Source of the DNA: Balanoglossus misakiensis
Lineage: Eukaryota > Animalia > Hemichordata
Length of the DNA stretch: 64,000 nucleotides
NCBI GenBank assembly: GCA_040954595.2
Contig: CM082580.2
Location: 734,783-798,782 of the forward strand
Reading direction: 5' to 3'
The notes beneath the pieces are model-generated. The model did not search any database. It saw only the letters and a list, made by a program, of their open reading frames with translations, and had not been told where the DNA came from. The position numbers and the translations under genes are program-made. The stretch's first letter is position 1. Each line of letters starts with the position of its first letter. Below, one piece after another: positions 23,311-34,672 of this stretch.

Positions 23311-25135
23311 ACTGCAAAATCTCAAAATTTGGTCGATTTTTGAAAAAAATCATGGGTTCGTTGATTTTTTAAAAAAACATGGGTGAATTTTCGACTTTGC
23401 AAAATCTCAAAATTTCGTCGATTTGGAAAAAAAATCATGGGTTCGTTGATTTTTAAAAAAAAACATGGGTGAAAATCATCAAAAAATGAAAAATTTTCGA
23501 CTTTGCAAAATCTCAAAATTTCGTCGATTTTGAAAAAAAATCACGGGTTCGTCGATTTTTTAAAAAAACATGAGTGAAAACCATCAAAAAATGACAAATT
23601 TAAGACTGCAAAATCTTAAAATTTCGTCGACTTTTGAAAAAAAGCATGGGTTCGTTGATTTTTTAAAAAAACATGGGTGAAAATCATCAAAAATTTACAA
23701 ATTTTCGACTGCAAAATCTCAAAATTTCGTCGATTTTTGAAAAAAAAATCATGGGTGAAAATCCTCAAAAAAACGACAAATTTTTGATTTTGCAAAATTT
23801 CAAAATTTCGTCGATTTTGAAAAAAAATCATGGGTTCGTTGATTTTTTAAAAAAACATGGGTGAAAATCATCAAAAAATGAAAAATTTTCGACTTTGCAA
23901 AATCTCAAAATTTCGTCGATTTTGAAAAAAATTATGGGTTCGTCGATTTTTGAAAAAAAATCATGGGTGAAAATCATCAAAAAATGACAAATTTTCGATT
24001 TTGCAAAATCTCAAAAGTTCGTCGATTTTGAAAAAAAATCATGGGTTCGTCGATTGTTTAAAAAAAACATGGGTGAAAATCAACAAAATGAAAAATTTTC
24101 GACTGCAAAATCTCAAAATTTCGTCGATTTTTGAAAAAAAAATCATAGGCTATAGCTCATGAAAATCATCAACAAATGTCAAATTTTCAACTTTGCGAAA
24201 TCTCAAAATATCGTCGATTTTTGAAAAAAAAAACATGGGTGAAAATCATCAAAAAATGACAAATTTTCGACTTTGCAAAATCTCAAAATTTCGTCGATTT
24301 TGAAAAAAAATATGGGTTCGTCGATTTTTGAAAAAAATCATGGGTGAAAATCATCAAAAAATGACAAATTTTCGACTGCAAATCTCAAAATTTCGTCGAT
24401 TTTTGAAAAAAAATCATGGGTGAAAATCATCAAAAAAATGACAAATTTTTGATTTTGCAAAATCTCAAAAATCACGGGTTCGTCGATTTTGAAAAAAATC
24501 ACGGGTTCGTCGATTTTTTAAAAAAACATGGGTGAAAACCATCAAAAAATGACAAATTTTCGACTGCAAAATCTCAAAATTTCGTCGATTTTTGAAAAAA
24601 AACATGCGTTCGTCGATTTCTGAAAAAAAAAATTTTTGATTTTGCAAAATCTCAAAAATCACGGGTTCGTCGATTTTGAAAAAAATCACGGGTTCGTCGA
24701 TTTTTTAAAAAAAACATGGGTGAAAACCATCAAAAAATGACAAATTTTCGACTGCAAAATCTCAAAATTTCGTCGATTTTTGAAAAAAAACATGCGTTCG
24801 TCGATTTCTGAAAAAAAAAACATGGGTGAAAATCATCAAAAAATGAAACATTTTAGACTGCAAAATCTCAAAATTTCGTCGATTTTGAAAAAAATTATGG
24901 GTTCGTCGATTTTTAAAAAAAAATCATGGGTGAAAATCATAAAAAAATGACAAATTTTCGAGTTTGCAAAATCTCAAAATTTCGTAGATTTTTGAAAAAA
25001 ATCATGGGTGAAAATCATCAAAAAATGAAAAATTTTCGACTTTGCATAATCTCAAAATTTCGTCGATTTTGAAAAAAATCATTGGTTCGTCGATTTTTGA
25101 AAAAAAAAACATCGGTGAAAATCACCAAAAAAAAA
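23311..25135 (-). repeat. 78-bp satellite, inverted orientation, diverged terminal block
   Basis: Continues the 19338-20163 block after the Academ-like insertion; many truncated monomers and GGGTTCGTCGAT sub-units. Confidence 0.95.
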
Positions 25136-26123
25136 TAGGTATTTGACTCAGAGTAAACAAGATTGTGTAATTGATACATGTCAGAACGAGATAGAGATAT
25201 CACGCGCTAAGTTCATGTTTAAGAAATATTAAGATGACGTGTTCCTTTTATGACATAATACTTGACTAACGTATTAATAAGAGGTGGTGAAATTTGATAT
25301 CACATTATTATCACCGGAGATCCGTGACGGGAGTCAACGAGCATGGATAGAGTCGTGTAATTCTTACGTGTGACCAGTAATAAACCACAACTATTTGTGT
25401 TACTCGGAAAACTTGTTGAAAGTCTCGTTATGCCTCTCGTTAAGTTTACGATATGCCGGGTACCTCTCTCTGACTCTATGAATATGTTGGGTGGAGAAGG
25501 AGAGGGAGAAAATTTACACTCTCACCCTTCGGACGTGGCTGATTCCCCAAAGAAGCCCCGATGAGGTAAACGTCCGACCGAAGGATGGCGGGCGTAACAA
25601 AACTACAGTGTTCGCAACATGACCTCAGGTCCGCCGCAGGTTTTGCATGTTACAGCAGAAAACGTCTCCGTCAGACCACTAAAAGTAATACCTTTAGGAC
25701 ATAAATTATTTATCTTGAAAGATATTGCTGTATGCAAATTTCATCTCCGGATTGCTATCGGCGAAACATACCGAGGCTGTCGTCGCTATAGTTGGGACCG
25801 ACAGTCGAGACCCACATTGTATTGTAAGGAAAGTTTTAGACGCAACTTAATCAAAGCAGGTATAGTTAGCAGAGCAGATTAAGTTAGCAGAGGAGTGTCG
25901 GTATCGTCCACCGTAAACAGGTGTATTCCTATCGGATTTCAAGCGACAGTCAATTCCACTGGTCATCGATGTTTTTCTCCAAGGTGTTTGAAATACGTCT
26001 GTTCGATAGAGTCGTTGTTCCAAAATATGCACGGATGCACGGAATGCGACCACATCTGGTTGTTGACAACAAACTAAGGTAGATTATGACTATAATCCCA
26101 ACTGTCTCCTGTGTGACACACTC

Positions 26124-28091
26124 CTGTTGTGATTATTGCTGGAATAGGCAATGTTTTAATCTGCCTGCAAAGACTCGTGTGACAAAGATTGTCGGCCAGT
26201 CAACATCACCAACGATATTAACAATATAAAATAAATAAAATTTCAACGATTCAACTTCTTTCTAGCTTCCTATCTGGATAGTTTGTTTTTTTTTACTCTA
26301 AAGATCGCCTTTCTTCCAGGCCACGTGGCAAGAGACGTTATCAACTTCTACTATGATCGATGCGAGAGTACTATAGTATTCTCATATACACAGACAAAGG
26401 CCACCAAAATAAGAGAATCATTTGGTCAAATGGTAGAGGGCGCAAAAACAGATATTTCAAATGACAAAATTTTCCGATAAACGTGTTTAATCAAATCAAA
26501 CTGTGCTCAATGGTATGCTTGCAAAAATTGAATACAAATGAAACAAAACACAGCAACTGCCATGAACAAGAAGTTTATTCATGTCAAAATTCAATTTTTT
26601 TGAATCATTGATTTCAATTATCAGCTGAAAACTAAAATTAGATTGTCATCTTGAACAGTATAAAATCAGCGAGCCATTAGACATTAAGTACCCAGCATAC
26701 TAAAATAAAACCATGTAAACATGCACAATTAGATAATCAAATAATTTTTATTTATTCACCATGATGTTTTTAATGTATGTCAAGTCAAAGTACTTGAAGT
26801 TATGGACGATCAATTAAAATAGAAAACTGTAATTTTAATGGCTGGGTAATGTATCCAATTTCTGCCCAATATATGAAATTTCCGAGTTAGCAACTGAAGA
26901 ATTCGTGGGGAAAATAGTTACGTGATGTGTAACAGAATTCACTTGGAAGTAAGGAGTTTTTGTAAAATCAACATGCATATTACAATTTATTTGTAAAAAC
27001 TTGATTGGCAATGGAAAATTGGCGTTTAAATATATAGTACTTCAAGATGAACAGATAAAATATAAGTTATTACAGATGTCATTTTACGACAACAAGGAAT
27101 GGTAAATCGTTCTTTAATATCTTTAAAGATGCCAGGTCAAAGGTCACCTTTGCAAATTCAACCACTGGTACCATAGCCATTTCAAATGTAGCCAAAAGTG
27201 CGCCACCACTTTCTTCAAACATACTGAAACCATCTACAGGTTACCGTAGTCATATATCTCTTGGCATCCATGGCAGTTTAGCTAGTCATGAGCTGGCAAG
27301 GGGTGACCTGTAAGCTTTAAACTCTGGCTTCGGTAATGTCGACTCTGGCTCTGGCATATACTTGCAGGTCCATATGACCTTGGGGTGAACATGGTCATGA
27401 AGAAATAAATAGAATCTGTTTGGTGCATTGTCAACTTCATTTTATAGTTTCAAAAAATTACAATATGATGAGTAATATTGTTGTTGTTTTCAAAGAGACT
27501 CACCACACACTTTAGTAAATCAATGACTTGAAAAAGTTTTGAGGACTATCATTTGTCAGAATCTCGGACCGCGAGGCACATACTACCTTAAATAGTTTCA
27601 CTCGCAGCTTCTTGTGGGCAGTTTCTCCTTGCGTACCTGTACAGACACACCAGGAGGCCGTTCCCGATGAACAACTCAACCCACATGAAAACATTCAAGC
27701 GTCTGGTCACACCCATTTCCGTCAAACAAGAACATGAATGAAACTGCGGAGGAAGAGAACGGGAGAGTGCCCATTAACCCTGTAATGACCAATCATTTAC
27801 TGGAACAAGGTTCAGGATGTACGATCACTGGAGTTGAAAATAAGGTCATGGATTTGAAAATTATTTTGAGTTATGAAATTGAAAATACATATTTTTCATT
27901 GTGGATTCTCCGACATAAATATTATCAAAAACAATAAGGGTTGTCTTTTTAATTTATGACATATAACGCCATGAATCTAGCCCATTAATACAAAGGCAAT
28001 ACTAAAACACATTTCGGGTTAGCGTTATGACAACTTGAAGAAAGTATGAATACAAACTTTCTAAAGTAATATTTTAAAGGTTGGCGTATTG
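26124..28091 (+). repeat. Segmental duplication A, copy 1
   Basis: Colinear and highly similar to 42920-44888; near-identical short ORFs at 26283/43081, 27512/44310 and 27734/44532. Confidence 0.93.
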
Positions 28092-28205
28092 ATTACAGCT
28101 TGTTTGTTCTGCTATTAATGGAAATTCGGTTAGAGCTGTTTGAGGCAACTCTTATTCTGTCAAAGTTATGGCGTTAACTTATTCTGATAAAGTTATGTTA
28201 ACGCT

Positions 28206-28314
28206 AATCTGATTAAAATCAGATGTAGGGAACGGCGACGTGTTTTTTATGCTGTCGCAGCATCAAAAAACTACGTCGCCATTCCCTAGGCCTACATCTG
28301 ATTTCAAACAGATT
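28206..28314. repeat. Short palindromic (hairpin) element; related copy at 28575-28678
   Basis: AATCTGATTAAAATCAGATGTAGGGAACGGCGACGT...ACGTCGCCATTCCCTAGGCCTACATCTGATTTCAAACAGATT; the second copy has the same ends. Confidence 0.65.
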
Positions 28315-28348
28315 GTGTTAACATCAGGAACACTTTACATACATAAAC

Positions 28349-28559
28349 TACTGTAAAACACTTTATTTTAGCGAGTTGAAATTTTCACGATATCGAGAGA
28401 GGCTACTGTTTCGCGAGTATTAATTTTCGCGTTCTCTTATTTCATTCACTGCATCGTTATCTTCAAAAATAATTATGCGACCTCTTATTTTCATACCATT
28501 TTGGCTCTCACGTATCTCGCGAAAATGTATTGCTCGCGAAAATAACTTGTTTCACAGTA
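28349..28559. mobile_element. TA-flanked MITE
   Basis: TACTGTAAAACACTTTATTTTAGCGAG ... CTCGCGAAAATAACTTGTTTCACAGTA inverted ends with internal TTTCGCG repeats. Confidence 0.7.
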
Positions 28560-29241
28560 TATGCAAATATGCAGTAATCTGAATAAAATCAGATGTATGG
28601 TACGACGACGTCTTTTACTTATGTGGTACAGTATTATTAGTATGCTGTCGTCATACCAACTGCGATTTTAGTCAGATTGTATGTACGTCAACACTGATTG
28701 TTGTGGCTGCCTTAAATAGGTTTTCACTTTGCGCTACCTCTATACGTAACGCGTTCACTCAGTAGACCAAAGTACACGGATGTCCAGCAGACAAGAGTTC
28801 CTGTTTATACCATGAGGCTAGAAGACTGTATTGTGTTATTATACAGTGGTGCAGTCTAGATTTTAGTGAGGGATTGAAGCGAATCCAATTGCTTGCTTGA
28901 AACTCGCCCATCGTGATTGTGCATTGATAAAATACAATAATCATACCACAGAAACATAAATTCCAGCTGCGCCTATCAGCGAGATTGTCATAGCCTGGAG
29001 ACCAGGGCGTCGGGGAAAAGAAACGCCCGGGGACAGTCTCTATTTACGAACAGAATTCTGTTCGTAGAACGACACGTGTGGTAAATCTTGCGTGTAAGCT
29101 AATTGGTCACTCAATGTTAACCACATGACATCGTCGCCTTCTAAATAAGGAAATAGAGGTGGAGTCATGTGTGAAATTCCCGCGATGGGATGTGGGAGTG
29201 GTTTTGAAAGTGTATGAATATTCATAACCAAGCTTTGTTAA

Positions 29242-29745
29242 AGGCACGTAAGGTGTAACTTTTGGGATAATTTTCATAATTTTTGTTTCAAACTGCACTA
29301 CCATTAGTCCATGCAGATGGAGGTAGTGAACAATACACAAGCATTATAAACCCTAAGTATGAGTGCATATGCAAGTTTTAACCAAATAAATAATAAAGCT
29401 TTGCCGCAAGCGATTATGGCCGCCACCGTGGGAAAATGCAAGAAACAATGAAAATGTTGCATTTCCGGTTGTGAAACTTCATAAACAAAACATGATCTCA
29501 TCCACTTGAGCTCATGGAAGTAAATGTACACCACTGAGACATCAGATTTTCATTTTTCATTGCAATATTGCGCTTTTTTTAAAATTGCAGGAATTTTCGT
29601 TTTTCTTTAATTTTTGGCCATTTTGTCATAAATAAGTGTTGAGCTTGATATATTATCATGAAATAGCATTTAATAGACATAATTAAAAGCATATATGAGA
29701 TTATTTAAAACTTTAATTTTTTATCCAGTTACAGCTTACGTGCCT
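29242..29745. mobile_element. Kolobok/T2-type MITE
   Basis: TTAA|AGGCACGTAAG ... CTTACGTGCCT|TTAA. Confidence 0.82.
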
Positions 29746-31457
29746 TTAATTATATCATCCAACCACTGGCGCCCGTCAACATTTGATAGATCACTCGTTA
29801 TCCATTTGTTACTAAGCGACCTCGATCGTTGCCAAGACTACTATCTTTCAGCTCAGCAGGACTTGCTCGACTGTCCCCGAGCGTTGTATTTTAGATCGAC
29901 GCCCTGGTCTCCCGGCTAAGATTGTCAATATATACGCCGCATGTTGCCAGCCAGGGCCCCGACTGACATTCCCTCTGAATATACACACCCCTCTATTGAA
30001 AATGGAACATTCCTGCAAGCAAAGCATGTTGTACTTGCTTACATCAGCTGTAGTGACTTGTGTAGACCCCCAGCGCGCGGCCTCTACTGTCTGTATATGG
30101 TCTGTCACAGTCCCCGGGAGTAACTGTCATGACAGAAATCGGTTTGTCAACGGCAAAACGGAGATAAGGTGTTTTTTCCGAATATAGAATATTCAATTCT
30201 GTTTGATTCGGTCATGCCCAAAGTGTGCGTAGCTGTCGTCCTCTGACAACGCTCGCTCATATTTCATGCGGAGAACTTAAGTAGGTTCAAGCCAAGTTTT
30301 AATAGTTGGGCTAAGGTCTTCCCTGATAAGTGTTGAAATGTTTGGGGTGTTACTGTCCGGGCTGTAACGACTTGGGTCGTGGAAAATGGGGGCTGAAACG
30401 ACTGGGGCCGAAAGGGTCAGAGTGCCGGAACGACCTGTTTAAACATGTCGTTCCAGCACTATGACCCTAAAGTGTTACCTAAGATAGTGTCCAGCGTCTA
30501 GCCGTTATTGAAATTATAGACCCTGCAGCGAGACTGGGCATGATTTGTTGTTGTCATGAAACTCATCTCGTACTCCAGTCACTTTCATACAAAACGGCTA
30601 TGAGTGTCCAATGGTCTTTGTTGAGACTGTTTGACATTGAATGGCATTGACCTCGCGGGAGGATATCCTTCATGAATACAATGCAGGATATAATTTACAT
30701 TGGCAAAGGGCTTTGAGGTGCACCAAATTAGTAATTTAGACACACCTTAATTATTACATGCCACCCCAAACTTTTTTAAAGCAAGAAACAAAATTGCAGT
30801 GCTTTTCCAATGACGCTTTTTAAAATGTAGAATCAGATTGTTTTCTTGTCGCTCAGGTGTCCAAAATAAATATAGCTGTGATCAATTCCTACTTAAAGCA
30901 AACAAAAGTAAATTGAGTTGAATGGGCACGTCCGGCCCATATTTGACCCATTTCACATTTTTTCTTTCTTAGGCTGCATTCACAAACACCTCTGGAGGGG
31001 GGGGGGAATTCATCTTTTACCGCTAATTTTCACATGCCCCCCCCCCCTTTCACAACCCGAAATATTTTGAAATCCCCCTTCCGAACTGCCAAAATTTTGA
31101 AATCCCCCCATTTTCTTTCACAGAGCAAAACTCATAACTCTGCTCAAGCGCTCCCATGAAAAGAATTTGAAACTGATGTTTCCCCTCATCAGTGGGTATT
31201 AAAACTGAACATTGTTTTTATTTTTTAAGTATTTTGTATGATTATAATTAAAAAATATACAACTTAGCTAAAATGCTCAGATGAGTTAATCAGATTTTCA
31301 AAGTCCACCTAAAAGATCATTTAATCTTTCCAGGGTGCGGTTTATGTTGGAGATAGTATCAGTTAGGCTATTTCTCAGAAAATCAATGAACGATCTGCGG
31401 ACACCCCGAATAATATGTTACCACAACGCTAGCCAGGAAGCACATGGGACATTTCAC

Positions 31458-31770
31458 AATGAGGCAGTGAACACTGGGGGGACCAGACTGACACGTTAAC
31501 CAATCAGGGAGCTGTATGGTGAATAAATACATATTAATAAGACCTAACCTACAAGGTCCTGCATAATGAGGCAGTGAACACTGGAGGACCAGACCTACAC
31601 ATTAACCAATCAGGGAGCTGTAAAGTGAATAATGCATTGTAATAAGACCTAACCTACAAGGTCTGGTGAATAATACATAGTAATAAGACCTAACACATAA
31701 GGTCCCTCCAATCAGCGAGCCGCAAGTGGACCTTAGAGAAGTGGATAAACCAATCAGAACATGTAATACG
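31458..31770. repeat. Short degenerate tandem repeat (~105-bp units with sub-repeats)
   Basis: AATGAGGCAGTGAACACTGG...TTAACCAATCAGGGAGCTGTA...AATAAGACCTAACCTACAAGGTC recurs; it abuts the broken end of the Gypsy RT. Confidence 0.7.
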
Positions 31771-31811
31771 TGTGCATAGGACCTGTAATGTAGGTCATTT
31801 TGAAACAGGAC

Positions 31812-33823
31812 TAGTTCACCATGACCAACCACATGACCCAGGAAATCGATCTGCTCATAACCCACATAACACTTAGTTGGTCTCGCTGTTAACTTTGCCT
31901 TTCGTAGTCTGCTCATCAAATCTGTAATTGTCTTGATATGTTCTTCCCATGATGCAGTGTGGATCAGTATGTGATCGATATAGTTGTCTACGTTCTTCAT
32001 ATCTCTTAACAATCTTCTCATAATTCTGCTAAAAGTCGCAGCACTATTTACAAGTCCGAAAGGCATTTTGATAAATTGGTATAGCCCATCATGCGTGATA
32101 AATGCCGTCAATTGTTTAGAATTATCAGTCAACGGGACTTGCCAATATTCTTTGCTGAGATCTACTTTAGTGAAATAGTGATCCTTGGATAACTTAGCAA
32201 AAAGCAAAAAGCTCACTCAGGTCTGGTGTAGGCTCTGCATCAAACACTGTTATGCGATTGAGCTTTCTCATGTCAACACAACAACGATTGGACCCATCAG
32301 ATTTCTTCACCATTACCAGTGGAACAGCATATGGACTCTCTGAAGGTTCAGCTACTCCCATCTTAATCATCGTTTTGACTTCATCTTTCACTGCTTCACG
32401 GAGTGCATGAGGGATGGGGTATGGCCTACTGCATACTGGTGTTGGATCCATCAACTTGATGTCATGGAAACCCAGGTTGGTGTTACCACGAATATCAGTT
32501 AACATATCTTTGTAATTGATCAGCAACCTCCTCACCACTTGCTTCTGTATGTCTGACAAGTTGTCACATACATTCACATCTGCAGCAAATTCTTTCTGCT
32601 TGAATGCAGGAACCCGCAGTAAGTCATCGTTTACTTTAACCCCTGTGTTCTCTTGTACTTCTGAAGATTCATAACTCTGCTCATCTATCACAGATACACA
32701 CACAATCTCAAGAAGTCCAGCTGATACTTCATCTAGCTGATCAGTTCTTCGATAGTACCTCTTCAACAGGTTGGCATGGAATGTTTTCACCCTATGACCA
32801 AAGTCAATCTTGTAATCCATATTGCTCGCTTTCTCCACCACTGGAAAAGGACCCTTCCAGTGCATAAGTAGTTTATTATGGTCAGTAGGTAGTAGCAATA
32901 ACACCTCGTCACCTTTGTTGAACTTCCTCCATTTGGCCTTTCTATTGTAGTAGGACTTGTATTTGCCTTGTGATATCTTCAGTTCTTGTCTTGCTAAATC
33001 GCATGCCTTCTTTAATTTCTTTTGAAGATCAAGGATGTATTGATAAGTCGTTTTGGTTTCTGGTTCACTGATCTCTCCAGTCCATAGTTCTTTCAAGATA
33101 GCCATTGGACCACGCACACTCCTCCCATAAAGTAACTCAAACGGAGAGAATCCTGTGCTCGATTGAGGCGTTTCTCTGTAGGCAAATAGTAAAGCATTCA
33201 GATAACGATCCCAATATGTTGGACGTTCCTCACACATCTTCCTGAGCATGAGTTTCAATGTACCATTGAACCGTTCCACTAGACCATTGAATGCTGGGTG
33301 GTATGGGGTGGTAGTCATCTGCTTTATAGACAAAAGCCGGCTGACCTCACGCATCACATCTGATGTAAATTGAGTTCCTTGATCTGTCAGAATTTCACGT
33401 GGACACCCCACTCTTGAGTAGATGTCCAGGAGCGCCTCTGCAACAGTCTTGGTATCAATGTTAGTCAATGCAACAGCCTCCGGATAGCGTGTTGCATAAT
33501 CAACAACAGTAAGTATGTACCTATTCTTGCGTTCAGTGCATGGATGAATAGGGCCAACCAGGTCTACTGCAATACGTAGGAAAGGGATATCTATTAGTGG
33601 CATACTTCCAAGTGGTACCTTGGTCACCCGTCCCTTTGGTTGTGTCCGTTGACATGAATCACAGGACTGACAGTAACGGGAAACATCTGATGTTAGCCCA
33701 GGCCAAACGAAGTTGCTGAGGATCTTGTCTGTGGTCTTGTGAGTTCCGTGGTGACCACCCAGCACTGATTCATGGGCTAGTCTCATCACCTGGTTACGAT
33801 ACACTCTGGGAACCACCACCTGT
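31812..33823 (-). pseudogene. Integrase followed by reverse transcriptase (frameshifted, truncated)
   Basis: H2C2 (AHESVLGGH...CQSCDSC), rve core (AVDLVGP, LTDQGTQF, NGLVERFN), WKGPF. RT: VDMRKLN, then after a frameshift near 32200 DLSKEYWQV, MPFGLVN, YIDH (mutated YxDD). Confidence 0.9.
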
Positions 33824-34672
33824 CACTACAGCTTGAACGACGCCACCTATGGGCAGTATTTCCGTGGCAGCCTATGAAGCTCATGAATATTTAATTAGAC
33901 ACAGTAATGGCGTTCGCGATCGAACACAGCTGTCGATGCACAGCATAATTCGGTGAGTAATATTGCTTTATTCCAAGTTTTGTTTAGTAAAATTAGCAAG
34001 ATGTCAGAGACAATATGAAATAAAGTTGCGATTCTGCTGTGTTATTTATGTGTATCAGCCAAATAACTTGAACATTTTGATCACCCGCTGACAGTCCCTG
34101 GCCGTTGCTATAGCAGAAGCCGTCCTAAGCAACCATAAACAAACACTAAAAATTACAACGATTCAGCTTCACAGAATTGTTTTTTTCAATTTGAAAACCA
34201 TACGAATTTAGTCTTTTATACGTAAACATAGGATTCCATGTTTAAAATGCTGCTACAAGCAATATGACGAAATCATACCAAGCGAAAATATACGACCCTG
34301 TGTGTTCCTTGGCAGCAGCACGGGTTACATTGATTGTAATGGCGGCGCTTCGAATTTTCGGCGACATGGTGATATTGTTCATAGAATTGACAGAAAATAA
34401 GACCGTAACTGAAAAATCAGAAACCAATAGTTTGTGCTAAAATATATTCTTGATATAATTCGCTGGAAATTCGAGGGTGAAAACGAAATAAGAAAAAAAT
34501 GAATGGGCGAGATTGTTATGGTAAGGTTACCCACATTCTTTCTATGTCACCTTTGACCTCAATTTCTGGAGGAAGTATAATGAGCAGGTGTTTTGTTTTT
34601 GCTTCCCTCGGATAGATAATTATTGTAAAGATATTTCTCTTGTTCACCCTTTTCAGGTATAGATTTAGAGCC

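Noticed and set aside
4787-25203. Dozens of ORFs with repeating MGENHQKMTNFRLCKISKFRRFLKKI
   Set aside because: By-product of a 78-bp (3n) satellite; frames break at every homopolymer-length change.
25512-25598. Hammerhead ribozyme (CCGATGAG-GT...ACC-GAAG within a hairpin)
   Set aside because: Both core motifs deviate (CUGA to CCGA, GAAA to GAAG) and stems I/III could not be built; likely just a small inverted repeat.
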